In this document: piece after piece, positions 30,432-43,470 of the stretch
How positions within the stretch are numbered: position 1 is the stretch's first letter
How the letters are laid out: each line of letters begins with the position of its first letter
DNA from: Takakia lepidozioides
Taxonomy: Eukaryota > Plantae > Bryophyta
DNA length: 64,000 nucleotides
Direction: 5' to 3'
NCBI GenBank assembly: GCA_030704615.1
Contig: CM060734.1
Span: forward strand, 50,840,001 to 50,904,000
Notes under the pieces: model-generated
What the model was told of the DNA's origin: nothing
Databases searched by the model: none
What the model saw: only the letters and a program-made list of their open reading frames with translations
Made by a program: the position numbers and the translations under genes

Positions 30432-32570
30432 CATTACTAGAAAACAATTTCATGGAATTCGGATTTGAACCTGTCACTGCAAAAATTAAAAAACCGGCTG
30501 GATTTCTTTATATTTTTTCAAGTAGTCCCAAAATAGGTCCCGCTTTTAACGGTGGCGTTTTACCATATTTGGGCCAAATGCCCTCAAAATTTTACAGGAC
30601 ATGCAGGGGGTATAATGTGTGGTCAATTTTTTTAAATTCGTTTTTTTAAAATGTTGACGATTTTTTCACCTAGGGGTCAGGTTTTTTAAAAAGTCAAAGG
30701 AAGGCATTGGGTGTTGATGGATTAGAAATACTATACAGTACAATTATTATTTTTATACTAAAAGTCACATCCAATTACTTTTTTTAAAAATAGTTGTGAC
30801 CGCTAATATTGGCAGTCACAGATAATTTTATAAGAGAAATATGTGCGACAGCTAAAATTCGGCATTCGTATGATATTTTTTATTTTTAAAATATGTATGA
30901 CCGTCAAAATTTGCTAGTCGTAGGTATTTATTTTTGTTTTTCAAAAGTACGTGCGACCACCAATATTCGGTGGTCGCATGTAATTTATTTTGGAAAAGTA
31001 TGTACGACCATCCAAATCAGTGGTCGCATGTAAATATTTGAAAAATATGTGCGACTGTAAAACCTCAACAATAATATGTAATTTGATATTTTAGAAATTA
31101 AGGCGACCGCCAATTCTGTCTCATATATATTTATAAAAAAAATTTATATTGTCGTGCGCATACGTATCGCTACACAACTACATCGCTGTCCAATCCACAC
31201 AACACATAACCACAAACCAGTCTGTCACAATGATTTTGAAACTCCAGATTAAATCACTCATATGTGGTTAAGCCCACTGCACCCCAAGGCCCTGGGAAAT
31301 CCACAGTACACAACGCCATAGCTGCCAGACGTGGTGAGGCCCAACTCGAGAGAAATGAGCCTCACAACATCTGACGTGAAGATAATTGATTCCAGGGCCC
31401 ATTATTAATTTGACACTTTGGGCAAAATCAAAGTGTCAATTCGAAACAACTAGTTTTTTTTAAGCTAGTTTCACACTAGCTACATTAAACTAGATATTTT
31501 TCTACTAACTAGTAAGTTAACTTGACAATATGCCAACCTTTGCAGTCACTCCAATTTTTTAAGAGAAATTATATATATATATGAGAAATGGTGCCAACCC
31601 TTGTGGTCGTACCAATGTTTTGAAAAATTGAAAAAAATAAAATTATTTTATTTTTTTCTTACTGAAAATGGGTGCAACCACCAACTATGGTGGTCGCACA
31701 TATTAAATAATAGGAAATTACATGTGACTGCCAGCATTAACGGTCATACCAATTTTTGAAAGTTGGTGTGATATGTGCAGATCCATGGTGAAAAAATTAG
31801 ACTTCAAAACATTGAATTGGGGGATTCTCAAGAAGGGGTCGTGGATTGTATAGTAGATGAAACTATACACAAATTTGACTGGATATTGTTGTGGATGACT
31901 TAGTATATGAAATAATATTGGCAGTCGCAGATGATTTTATTAAAAAAATACGTGCAATTGCTAAAATTCGGCATTCACATGGTATTGTTTTAGTTTTAAA
32001 ATATGTGTGACCGTCAAAATTTGACAGTCATAAGTAATTTTTTTTTGTTTTTTCAAAAATTTGTGCGACCGCCAATATTCGGTGGTTGTATATAATTTAT
32101 TTTGAAAACAACCATCCAAATTCGGCGGTCGCATGTAAATATCTTTTGAAAAATAGGTGCGACCGTCAAAACTCAGCGATAGTATATAATTTGGTATTTT
32201 AAAAATTAAGGTGACCGCCAATTCTATCGGTCGTACATATTAAAAAAATAAAAAAACATATACAACCGCCTTCTTTTGCGGTCACACCAATTTTTTTTAG
32301 AGTTGGTGCGACCATTGATTATGGGGGTCGGACCTATTGCCAACCATTGCGATCATACCATATTTTTGTAAAATCGAAAAAAAAAAAAAAAAAAATCCTT
32401 GCTAAAAGTAGGTGCAACCGCCAACTATGGTGGTCACATATACTAAATAATAAGAAATTACATGTGACTGTCAGCCTTGACGACCGCACCAATTTTTTAA
32501 AGCTGGTGTAATATGTGCAGATCCATGGTAAAAATATCAAAACATTGGATGACTTTGTGAAGTACAACTT
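30432..32570. mobile_element. CACTA/En-Spm-like non-autonomous remnant with subterminal repeat arrays
   Basis: Starts CATTACTAGAAAA (CACTA-like TIR). Many gtgcgaccgcca / tggtcgca units in both orientations; internal block duplications (30790-31150 ~ 31915-32260). Confidence 0.6.
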
Positions 32571-32805
32571 CAATTATTTAACCAAAAAAAAATCCGTCTT
32601 GAAATAATCATAAACATGAAGGCGCAAAGTTCCGGTGGATCGCATGATCCATATCAGAAAACACCGATATACCTGTAACTCCAATCAACCGAAGTTTTAG
32701 TGGGGATACAAGTATTGTATATACTTTGCTAAAAAAGGACAATGTAAATTTTTTTGACAATGATGTCATATTTCTTGATGTGCACAATGACCATGTTCAT
32801 ATTAC

Positions 32806-34037
32806 TGTAACATGGTAGAATCTAGAAGGTCCTAGATGGAGGAGGAAAGTTCCTTAGAAGTTTTCAAAATAACTAGGAAGGTTTTTAGGAAGTTTGACTT
32901 GAGCCTCTCAAGTCAAACCTATAAGATATTTATATTATGGAGAGTAGGTCAAATGTTTGATAAAGTGGAGAATATGTCAAATTTAGTAAGGTTGACTTTA
33001 GGAAGTTTTGACTTAAGGCTCTCAAGTCAAACATTTAAAATAATCATATTGTGAAGGGTATATAAACATGCAATAAAAGCCTAGAAGACATTGAGTTGTT
33101 TTAGGAAAAAGTTGATAAGTACTTCTATTCTAGTTTGTATAGATCCTGGGTATTACAATGGTATCAGAGCCTAGTCATTCTTGAAGTTGGGAGAATACTC
33201 TTTTTAGGAAGATTCGATTAAGATGTTTTTTTTAAGAGATTTTTGTTTTTAATATTTTTTAAATATTAAATATATAGCAGTGATAGTGTTGGTGCGTCAT
33301 AACGATAGTAACAAATTTTATGGACTTAAATCAACCATCTTTTCGTGATTTTCCTTCGGAGTGCGAGTTTAAAATTATATGTCATCGTAAGGCAGAAATT
33401 AGAGATATGATAGTACAAAGATTTAAGAGGAACAATATCAAGAAGTGTTGCAAAACCCACGACCTGTCGTTTTTCCTATAATTAGAAATTGGAAGGTATA
33501 CATATGTGTATATACATAGTTCATGGATCGAGGTAGATATTTTCCGTCTAATTTTCCACCGCCAAATATATTTGGTATCAATGTGCGTGTCATCATCTTG
33601 TAAGATTTTTAGTTGCAGAATTTGGAGTAGAATTCATGAACCTTGTCATGAGTTCAAACGTCCCTTTTGTATTACCAATAATCAGGTTTGACCTACCTAA
33701 CATTTGACCTACTCTCTATAATATGAATATCTTATAGATTTGACTTGAGAGCCTCGAATCAAACTTCCTTAAGTCAAACTTCCCAGGAACCTTCCTAATT
33801 ATTTTGGAAACTTCTATGGAACTTTCCTCCTCCATCTGGAACTTTCCTCCTCCATCTAGAACCTTCTAGAATCTACCATGTTACAGAAAGTCATATTGTG
33901 GAAAATATGTCAAACCTAGGAAGATTGATTTATGAAGTTTTGACTTGAGACTATAAATGCCTAGAAAACATCGAGTTGTTTTGGGAAAAAGTTGAGAAGT
34001 ACTTCTATTCTAATTTGTGTAGATTCTAGGTGTTACA
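32806..34037 (+). mobile_element. LTR + PBS + leader and two further LTR fragments, same family as 28195-28929
   Basis: LTR 32806-33157, PBS TGGTATCAGAGC 33159-33170, inverted LTR piece ~33685-33885, LTR 3' piece ~33890-34037. Confidence 0.8.
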
Positions 34038-34625
34038 GGATGATACCATGGTTGATCAACTAGATCATGTTTTCTTAAAACATTATCATGGACTTCCAAT
34101 GGATTCAACATGTGCCGCTATTAAATTTGCATCTACCCAGAAGATAAATAGTGGTTCATTAAGAACGATTGTCACACAACATTGTTTGATGGACAAAAAT
34201 CATGGGTTATCAAATGATCTTTAGGCACAACAAATGAATTTCAACTATCTTTTATTGGTTTCTCTTGTTTAAAAGCCTAATTGCACAAAGTGACGTGACG
34301 TGGCGGTAAAACATTAGCGTCACGTATGAAGTCACATCCAAATGTGCATCACATCACCTCAAAAACTGACTCTATGTGTGATTTTTTTACAAACTTAAAT
34401 TTTTACATTGCATAATTCAGTATAGTAACACGTAAGCCGCCAGATCATATCTAGTGGTCCAAAATTTAAAAAAATTTGGGGATCGCCAGATCAAGCGGTC
34501 TCCAATAAAATAAAATAAAAATGATAAATAAGGACCGTCAACTCTGGTGGTCCCGAATTTATAAGAAATATATTTAATAAATCGGGATCGCCGGTTCTTG
34601 TGGTCCCTAATTTATTAAAAAATAT

Positions 34626-36305
34626 TTAATAATTCAGAACCACCAGCTTTGGTTTTCTCCTTCTCGTCATAGAGTCGGGATATTTCCTGCCCTGAGTGGC
34701 CACCTGGTCAAACACTCCGGTGACTATGGCCTCAACCCTGTCTTTGAAATCATTGCTCAATTTTTTAATCTCGGCCTTGTCAACCACCCTGACCTTGATA
34801 TCCACATCGTTCTTGTAGTTCAAATAAACGTTGTAGAAACATGCGTCAATGGAATCAGAAACGGCCTGGCGGGCGCAGTCTCGGACTACCTTCTGCACTT
34901 GCTCCATCCTTTGTTGCATTGCCCCCAACTGCTTTTGGTACTGTATGTAGCAGGTAGTGTATGGCACCAGCAATCTATTGTACCCTTCATTGCTCTACTG
35001 CACCTATCGAATCTGTGCTTCCAATCTCTACTTCTCCTGATACCAAACCTCCTTATCCCTGTTGTAATACTCAACTGTTCGGTTCAGTTTTTCATGATAC
35101 TTCTTTGTGTCGTTGTCCAGGGCAGTAATTTGAGTCCGAATTTCTACTTCTTGCTGCTCCACCTGAGCTTGTATCTCTCCAGCCATGCGCCCTACCTCTA
35201 CCCTCCTTGCATCAACTCCTAAAGCAACCCTGCGAGCCTCTTCCGCTTGTGCAATTTGGACCGTCAGAGTCCCCGCAACGTCTCTACGGTCTGTGCCATA
35301 TTGGCCAATTGGTCCCTGAAGGCCGTCTTATCGTGCTCCAGCTCATTGTTTTTAAGCCCCAATTACATGGAAGTTTGTCTCTCTTCCTCCAATAGACTGA
35401 TGTACTGTTGCAGATTGGCTTCCAGTGAAACCTTCTCTTGCTAGGACAAATGGGCATTGTTCAGACTCTTGGCCGTCTTCTCGAAATCACTTCTCATCTT
35501 TTCTACCATATGATTCGTCTCCTCAGGGCTCATATAATCTTTGTAATAATTACACAGCAGGTTCGTCGTGCTGGCCATGAAATTCCTGATCATGGCCATT
35601 TTATCTTGAGGTACCTGCTGACTGTGCTGCAACTACGATCACTGGACTAGGTCATTGCCCATGTAAGTAGAAATGCGAGAATCTTCCTTCTCTGCTATCT
35701 GCGAGTTACTAGTTTGGTAGCCTTGTTCTGGTGTGCGCAAGGTTATTATCTGAGTAGCTGCTGCTGGGGTGTCTTGAAGACTCCCTAATTGATCATCTGC
35801 CCAAAGGTTAGTCGTCGTAGGGATATGCAACCGGTATCCCATCTCGGGTTGAGTACTCCCTTGGACCAGCATAGGCAAATGTGGAGAATTTACCTCATGT
35901 TGGTGCATATCGACCTCCTGTGGTTTTTCAGATCCTTCCCCCGCATCTCCTGCTGCCGTAACTTCATCATTTCTGACTCGCTTTGCCCGGCTCCCTTCCT
36001 CACTGTTCCGAGAACCCGTTTCCTCCTCTGTAGATTCCGTTATCCATTCGTCCATCTCTTGACGTTTGGCTTTGGTCAAGACTAAGCTCTCATTGATGAT
36101 CTGCGTGATCACTGGTCCTGACACGAGATATTGAATCCCCTATTGTCATGCCCTTCTGTATTCTCTTTATCTCCGTAAGCAAGCTGTTCCTCATCATCCC
36201 GGCCCAGTTCGCATTGCGACCATTGCAATGTGCTACAATGTCTTGCACAAAACAACGTCTTAAGTATATATTATTTTGTTTCACGAGAAACAGCACATTC
36301 AACAC
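34626..36305 (-). pseudogene. Fragmented intronless coiled-coil ORF, probably retroelement-associated
   Basis: Chain of same-strand ORFs (36090-36305, 35639-36124, 35441-35632, 34626-34973) rich in E/K/Q/L; lies upstream of a gypsy gag. No recognised domain. Confidence 0.45.
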
Positions 36306-36329
36306 CGGTCCTAGTTTTCGCTAGAGGCA

Positions 36330-36559
36330 ACGCTTGGGCGTCGCACAGAAGGGCTGCCATTTGCCCTTCATCACTCTGTGCGACGGCCAAGCATCGCCGC
36401 TTGGCCCCGGCGCCAGGTGGCAATTCGCGGGGTTTGGCTGCGACAGCCCGGCGTCGCAAACACGCTCCGCGAGATTGGCGTCGCACGCTCGGCGCCGCGC
36501 GGGGCGTGGGGGCGCGGCTTGCGTCGCAACCCCCCCCCCCCCCCCCATTTGCTGTAGTG
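36330..36559. mobile_element. Isolated CACTA-type terminus
   Basis: Ends tttgctgtagtg (reverse complement CACTACAGCAAA), preceded by several gcgtcgca / tgcgac subterminal repeats. Confidence 0.55.
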
Positions 36560-37055
36560 ACAAGTGAAGCGCATTCGACATTGGTTTTTCCACCAACCCT
36601 TATCTACCCGGGAGAGAATCGAAGAATATGTCCGGTATCTGGGAGAGAAAAAAATGCATAAGAAACGTTGGATCGACGAAAGAGTTTGGAATACCCGAAT
36701 TCTTCCAGACGACACCACTCAAAACTTTTATTGGTGCCCAGACAGATTTGTGTTTCCGGGTTGTTCCTGTCCAGGTATTTACTTAGGGGCATTACACCCG
36801 AGATCATCCTTCCTAGCCCACTTTAAGGTGGCAAGTTGATTTCTTTACTCATTGTGAGTCTTGTCAGTTCTTGCAAGCCAGCATCTGATACTCCGATCCG
36901 AGTGCTCGCATTGTGAAGGACCGTGGCCGGTTGGTTACCCCTTAATGCACCATCGATTGCACACTGACGTGCAAGGTTTCATGGAAGGTATGCAAATTTG
37001 ACCTCGTTTATTCTTGACATGATAGTTCAAAGAAATATAGGTCATTTAGTACAGA

Positions 37056-37660
37056 TTGAGGCAGGAGAATCCTCATCGGTACAACAATGAGTGTATGTCT
37101 AGCTCAGGATCGAGAGACACACTCCCAAGCCTGGATAGCATATCGTTTGACACCAGGTTGCAAAGAAGACTGGCTAGAGAAGCCGACCGAGATCAAGTGC
37201 GAGGAAAAAACCCAACATTGAGTCCAGAGTCAAATTCGGAAACTAAAAGGTTGGGAAAGATATAGTGGGAAGGAGATAACACTGAAAGTTCTTCGGACAT
37301 CGAGTGTTCATGAGTGGTTTCCCCTATATCTAGTCCCCCTTATACCCCACCGGCCAGGTCAAGGAGTCCCTCGCCGTCATTAGTATCAACCATGGCACAT
37401 ATTCCAGGACCTCCTGAGATACCCATTGTGGTTCCAGCAGGTCTACCCCCGCTAACATTGCCTAGGCATCTGCATTGGTTCTCCGGGGAAGCACGTGAAA
37501 ATCCAGAATATCATGTGAAAAACTTCATTCAATATTGCTACTCTAACCAAGCACTAAACGATGCCTATTGGCTGATTTGGTTTCCCACAACCATGAGGGG
37601 AAGAGCATCTACTTGGTACTGGCAACAGGCTCCAGGTATATTTATTACTTGGCAGTCTTG
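37056..37660 (+). mobile_element. Truncated Ty3/gypsy gag (non-chromovirus type)
   Basis: FSGEARENPEYHVKNF..FPTTMRGRASTWY..GIFITW is the retrotransposon-gag N-terminal pattern. Confidence 0.72.
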
Positions 37661-38039
37661 CATATTAGTTTCTCATTGATATTTTTGTCCACCTCATATC
37701 CATGTTTGAACGTTTTTGTTTTGTTTTTTTTTTTTTTTTCCTCTTTTTTCTAAATTTTTCAGCTTTGGGGTACAATAGAGTAGGGACGTAGTCAGAACAT
37801 TTGAACCCAACGTGTATTAGATTGAATTAGCTCATTAACACAATTGCTTAATACTACTTTGTAGCAATTTTGTATGGAACTTCCTTTTTTCAACCTTTAG
37901 TTCACCCTTGCACTGAATTCCGAAAATATCAATAAGTTTTCTTTGTTCCCACTGTTTGAACACTTCCTCCCACAGGTTCCATACGTCTTCATCACAGAGA
38001 ACCAGAACCATGGCCTCCTTCACGCTACTCATCTCCAGT

Positions 38040-39772
38040 ATGAATCGACATGCTTGCAACGAGAAGACATCGATTACGATGAGACCTTCGCTCCCGTAGT
38101 GAAATGAGCAACCACCCAGTCCATTGTTGCTTTGGCAGCACACTCAGGATGGGAAATTTTTCATCTTGATGTCAAGATGGCGTTCTTGAATGGAGAACTC
38201 AAGGAGGAAGTCCTCGTGAAACAACCAGAGGGATTTCAAGAGCCTAGGAATGAAACTAAGGTGTGTAAGCTGCTTAAAGCTCTCTATCGTTTAAAACAAG
38301 CTTGGGCAGGGGCCTGGTATGCTAGGATAGACGCATTCCTTAAGTCACAGGGTCTTGATAGGTCTCATGCGGATTATAACCTCTATTTTCTCAAGGAAAA
38401 TGGACTGATAGTGTTATTAATCCTCTATGTTGACAATCTACTCCTAACAAGCAGCCACACAACGAAGATAACCTGGCTATGGGACCAACTCAAGCTTTAG
38501 TATGACATGACTGATCTTGGCTTGATTCAACATTATCTTGCAGCCGAGTTCCTTCATCTCGATGAACACATCATGATCACTCAGAGGGGGTATGTCAGAC
38601 AGATGCTCGAGGAATTTGGTTTCTCAACTGCAATCCTCACTCTATGCCTATGATTGAAAATATAAAGTCGGTGGACATGGTCACACCTCCCTCTGATGAG
38701 ACCAAATATCGAAGGAAAGTGGGCAAGTTGGTTTATCTCACGAACACTAGACCTGATTTGGTATTCCCTATGGGAGTGGTGAGTCGGTACTTGGAAATCC
38801 CACAGGCCTTTCAAGTGGACGCGGTGGATCATATCGGGAGATATGTAGCAGGCACAGTGGACTATGGGATACTCTACCGAAAAAGAGAAAGCATTATACT
38901 AAGTCGACTTATTGATGCAGACTGGGCAGGGGAAAGTGATAGAAGACACTCAACCTCCGGTTATGTTTTCAGAATGGGGAAAAGTGTTGTGACTTGGAGT
39001 TCGAAGAAGCAACCAACTGTGGCACTTTCTTCAACCGAGGCTGAATACCACGCATTAATGGAAGGAGCTAAAGAAACTGTTTGGCTTCGACGTCTTTATG
39101 GTGAGTTGGGAATTCTTGATAAAGGACCAACTCTGATTAAATGTGATAATCAAAGCAGCTCCAAGAATGCAATGAATCTTGTGTTCCATGTGCGCACAAA
39201 ACACATTGAGGTACATTATTACTATATTCGTGAGAAGGTAGAGAGTGCAAAGGTTGATCTAGTTCATGTGTCAACTCAAGATCAATTTGCTGACTTGATG
39301 ACAAAGCCACTTGGAAGGATAAAATTCGAGAAATTTAGAGCAGCTTTGGGAGTGTGCAGCCTTGCAGATGTCAAGAAGAAGACAAACATAGAGTAAGTGA
39401 ATTCATTCTTGAGGTCGGTCTATGAGTTGTAAGCGACATAGGTTGCTTCGGCACAATCACCTGCTTTCCTTCACGCCTATCATCTTGCTAGCTTTCTGAG
39501 AACTGAGAGGGGGTGTTAATTTACTTTCACTATGGCAGCTCTCAGCCTAGCCATCACGTATTAAACGCCTTTAGAAGTAGGTGAATTACTTAACTAATTT
39601 AGGCTGTTGGTTGGTAGGTTTCTATTTTCATGGCTTTCACCACCCACTCTTGGTGAGGGTTTGATAAATAGGCTATTGATTTTTAGCTTGATAAATAGTA
39701 CACACTCATGTGTGTTTTATATTCCGGTTTTGTGGTCCTACAAAGTAAAGCATTGGTTCAGCATGCTTAACA
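38040..39772 (+). mobile_element. 3' half of a Ty1/copia element (RT, RNase H, PPT, 3' LTR)
   Basis: HLDVKMAFLNG, KALYRLKQA, LYVDNLL, DADWAG, WSSKKQ..STEAEY, RTKHIEV. PPT gagaggggg then putative LTR 39514-39772 (TGTTAA..TTAACA). Confidence 0.9.
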
Positions 39773-39923
39773 GTTGTTCAAGTTTTGCTCTTTCTGTGAA
39801 CATGTCTTTTTCTCTCTCCAGTGTTTATCTACCAGAAGGTGGTGGCTGATAAGCTAGAGAGTTAATTGCAATTTGTCTATTGATTTAGATCCAGTCGATG
39901 CATCTAGTCCGCCAAATGTGCCA

Positions 39924-39949
39924 GAGAGAGAGAGAGAGAGAGAGAGAGA
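39924..39949. repeat. (AG)n microsatellite
   Basis: Pure AG run abutting the 3' end of the element at 39945-40400. Confidence 0.9.
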
Positions 39950-40400
39950 AGACTGAGGCCGCAGTCGGCGTAATTAAGAGTCACTTTGCCTTGCGGCTAC
40001 TGCCCCTTTTCAGGGGTGGGCCCTATAAAAGGGACACCATGTGACCGGTAGAGAGGATGTAACTAATGGTACCGGCGGTACCATAGGGGACCCATGGGGG
40101 TCCATGGGTACCCCATGGTACCATCCGGGTACCCAGGGGTGTCTGGGATATCTAGGGTATGGGAGGATTTGATTCAAGTTGACACTTGTTGGTAATGATA
40201 GCAGTCAGAGAGAGGAGGGCAGTGAGGTGTATAGCTTTAAAACATTTGTGGATAGGGGTGATGGGGATTTTTAAATTTTTTGTGAAGCGCAGAGATACTG
40301 GCGTTGTGGATGCCCCCTTTGGTGCCGGCGGTGATGATAGTAAGGGGGCTTGTCTTCCAGCTGAGTCTGCGGATAGCGATGATGAGAGGTATGTGCCACA
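39945..40400 (-). mobile_element. 3' end of a probable RLE-type non-LTR retrotransposon, copy 2
   Basis: PLIIAIRRLSWKTSPLTIITAGTKGGIH / LKIPITPIHKCFKAIHLTALLSLTAIITNKCQLE; 3' UTR homologous to 16600-16790. Confidence 0.6.
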
Positions 40401-42489
40401 TAATGGAAGCTCTGAATGTGTCATAAATGGAGAAAGACAGTTGGGCTTTTGATTTCCTGCGAGTAGTTAAGAAGGACAGATACAGGAGCAAAGACGCGGC
40501 CTGAGTCCCTGTGATGGTAAAAAAAGCGTGCCAGAGGCCAAATCATGGATGCCACTATATTAAACAGAAGGCAGTGTTCCAGTAATTCAATAACGCAGGA
40601 AACGAATGTTTTGCAGATGAGTGCTTTGGGAAAGGAGAGCCCCTCGACAGTTGGCAGGGTCCTGTTGTCTATTTGCCAGGGAAAGGACGAAGTTTTGGCA
40701 GATCAAATTTTTTTCCAGATTGAGGTCCACATACATTACCAATTCTCTGCTCCAAAGTTGTGGATGCTCCATTTGTTATCCCACTTCTCCTGTAGGTTTA
40801 GGCATGACAAGATCTAAGTATAAATCTTTTTAGTTGTCATGGCAAAGAAGCAAGGGCACTTATCTTTTGTTTGGATCAACACCTGGTATGCTGTGGAGCC
40901 CACTTTAATTGTTTCTGTGGTTGTCCCCCTGTGGCATTATGATGTCTTTCTCTATTGACCATGTCTATAGCAATATTACATTAACATTGGGCTTCAGAGC
41001 TTGACCACATTGTTGAGTCTCAGTTTGATGTGACCGAAATGATCTATGGCAGTCGACCCTGGTGAATCAGTTATAAGATGGGTTCATTGCTTGAGTCATT
41101 TGGGTGCAATCTTGGCTTACAATTTGTTTGATTCTTTTGTGTGGAACTTGGATGGGCCATGTGGGAGCCCCTTGCAGACTTACACTTTCAACACGGATGC
41201 AATCAACCAGGTACCCTAAAAGCCGAGATCATATTTGGAGTGCATGGTAGTACATATATAACTGGATTTAGTGAGCGGTGCAGTTTTACTAGGCTGAGAT
41301 TCACATTCCAGCTCATGATTCTCTCTTTCAATCTATTGAGTACGATTTGAAACTTGTGGTATATTATCCTGAGTAAAGGACTTACTCACAAGTATGTGGT
41401 TTTGATGCAGGTGTTTGTGAATAAGAAGGTGACTTGCATTGCAGCAACATATTATAATGGGCCAGTCAAGGTAAGTTGGAAGTTGTCATGAGAGTGGGGA
41501 TAACATTATTATTTATGTGTAGGAATTTTAGGCACATACATCTGGTATTAGAAACGTAGGGGTCATAGTTGGCCCATAGTTGGGCTCACTCTATTGGTTA
41601 CTTTTATAAATTCTACCCACCTTTGGATCTAGAGTTAGTTTTGACGAGGCTCACTATTGTAGTGCATTCCACACCCTCACTAGAGGGATTGAGTAAAACA
41701 TCTCATAATTATCAATAGGTCAATATTGGAATGGGCTCAACTTGAATTGCCAAGCTATGGAAGTTATTTTGATCCCCCGTCAAACACATACGAAGGACCC
41801 TAATAAAAACAAATGTTGTTTGATTTGAAATTTTCATGATAAATAGTTGAGGAGGATACCATACCACATTTTTATGTGGAAGGCAGAAGCAAGAAAATTC
41901 AACCTGTCACGCAAATAGCTTGGTCAAAGCTCAAATTTCATAATTTACAAAATCCAAAAATAAAACAAATACCCTACTAAAACATTAAAATCTCCCTAGT
42001 AGTATGGTGAATTTTGTTGAGTTGATGTACATGGTAGCTAACCCCAAGTTCATTTTTTCAGACATAACAAGGTAGGTGTGTAGCCTTAGTTAACTTGCCA
42101 AATGTCACTTTTTTCACGAGGGGGGGGAAAGAGAAATTTGCCCAATGGCGGACCCATATCAATGTATGAAGCAAGGCAGTTTGTTTGTTTTGTTTGTTTG
42201 TTTGTTTTGTTTTGTCACGTTGAGATCTCCCAAACCGTGGGCCCCGGCTCTGGTGCTTGGTGCCGTTGGAAAGCCCTCGACGAGGAGGGGTGCACGGGCT
42301 TGGTCTTATCATTTTTGGACCTACGGTGTGGGAGATGTAGAATTCCAAGTACTTTTGGTCGCTGGAAATTCATGAAAAATAGCAAAATGGGCTTTCCTAG
42401 GACAATGATTGAGCCTCGACATGAAAGATATCAAGGGAAAGGTCTCCGGTTCAAATCTAGTCGTAGGCTATGTGGAAAAAAATGCATTT

Positions 42490-43022
42490 GGACTTAGATG
42501 ACATTGGACACTTGGGCCAATGGCTCGGCTACCCTAGAGACGAGAGATATCAATAATGATTGGATATATTACTACTCAATAAATTCATGAAAACAAATAA
42601 ATGGGGCCTTGACATGGGAGACGTACTTGGATACATAGGAGATTGCACACTGGTTTTAGATGGCCTCGACATAGGAGACGCACATGGGAGACGCCCTTGG
42701 ATACATATGAGATTGCACACTGGGTTAGATGACACGAGACACTTGGGCCAACGGCACATGCTACCCTAGAGGTCACACTTAGGCCTCGATATAGGAGATG
42801 CACTTGGATACATAGGGGATTGCACTTGGACTTAAATGACACTGGACACTTGGGCCAACGGCATAGGCTACCCTAGCATGTGAACTACTTGATCATTTCC
42901 ACTACTCAATTAACAACGTGGAACGCTTTGTTGGCAGCCACACAAATGATTAGTGAGAGAGACTCAATTTGTGAGAGAGACTTAGTTGGTGAGAGAGACT
43001 TAGTTTGGGAAAGAGACTCAAT
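42490..43022. repeat. Composite tandem repeats (two alternating ~50-bp units, then an 18-bp unit)
   Basis: ggacttagatgaca..acacttgggccaa..gctaccctag x3; ggcctcgacataggagacgcacttggatacata x3; gagagagact at 18-bp spacing x4. Confidence 0.8.
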
Positions 43023-43297
43023 TTTCAACGTGATAAGTATTCAATCCCTCAAATCAAAGAATCCTCACTTTGCTTTCCTACCAACAAGAAAACATGTGAA
43101 TGGAACTTTGGAATTACCTATATGAGTAGAGATTTGAAAAGCTGGTCAGCAAGAAGGAAAGAATATGATGGGGAGCTAACAAGCCAAGCTAGCTACGTGG
43201 ATAGCATATATATACTTGCAGCATTAACTTCGATGGGACCGTCTCTTTGAGCGAACTGTGCAACGTCCTAGGTTCAACTCTTCGTAACTAGAAGATC

Positions 43298-43470
43298 CAG
43301 GCGTATCAGTTGGACGCTCGGGAGAAGAGATTATTATATATATATATATAATGAAAGCCCACCGAGAAAGAAGGGATAGAGATGCTCGGTCACATAACTA
43401 TTCTTGACCGAAAGAGGATATTCGGGCATCTGTGGCAGTCGGGCTCGAGGGAGGCCTATATACGTCCGTT
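43298..43470 (+). promoter_or_regulatory. Conserved upstream block and TATA-like box of the PAH gene unit (copies at 54195-54415 and 59250-59458, minus)
   Basis: Near-identical ~150 bp in three copies, followed by cctatatacgtcc / ctatata(ta)cgtcc. Confidence 0.5.

Noticed and set aside
30790-32520. CRISPR-like array
   Set aside because: Eukaryotic context; repeats degenerate and in both orientations; no cas genes; fits CACTA subterminal repeats.
36230-36718. Overlapping GC-rich ORFs on both strands
   Set aside because: By-product of GC-rich subterminal repeats and a poly-C tract.
16355-40400. Giant element bounded by inverted repeats at 16.4-16.8 kb and 39.9-40.4 kb
   Set aside because: The repeats are diverged, carry a coding C-terminus plus 3' UTR and show no common TSD; better read as two independent retroinsertions.
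41770-42490. Probable non-autonomous repeat with (GTTT)n tract
   Set aside because: Single copy in window; no termini or coding motif identifiable.
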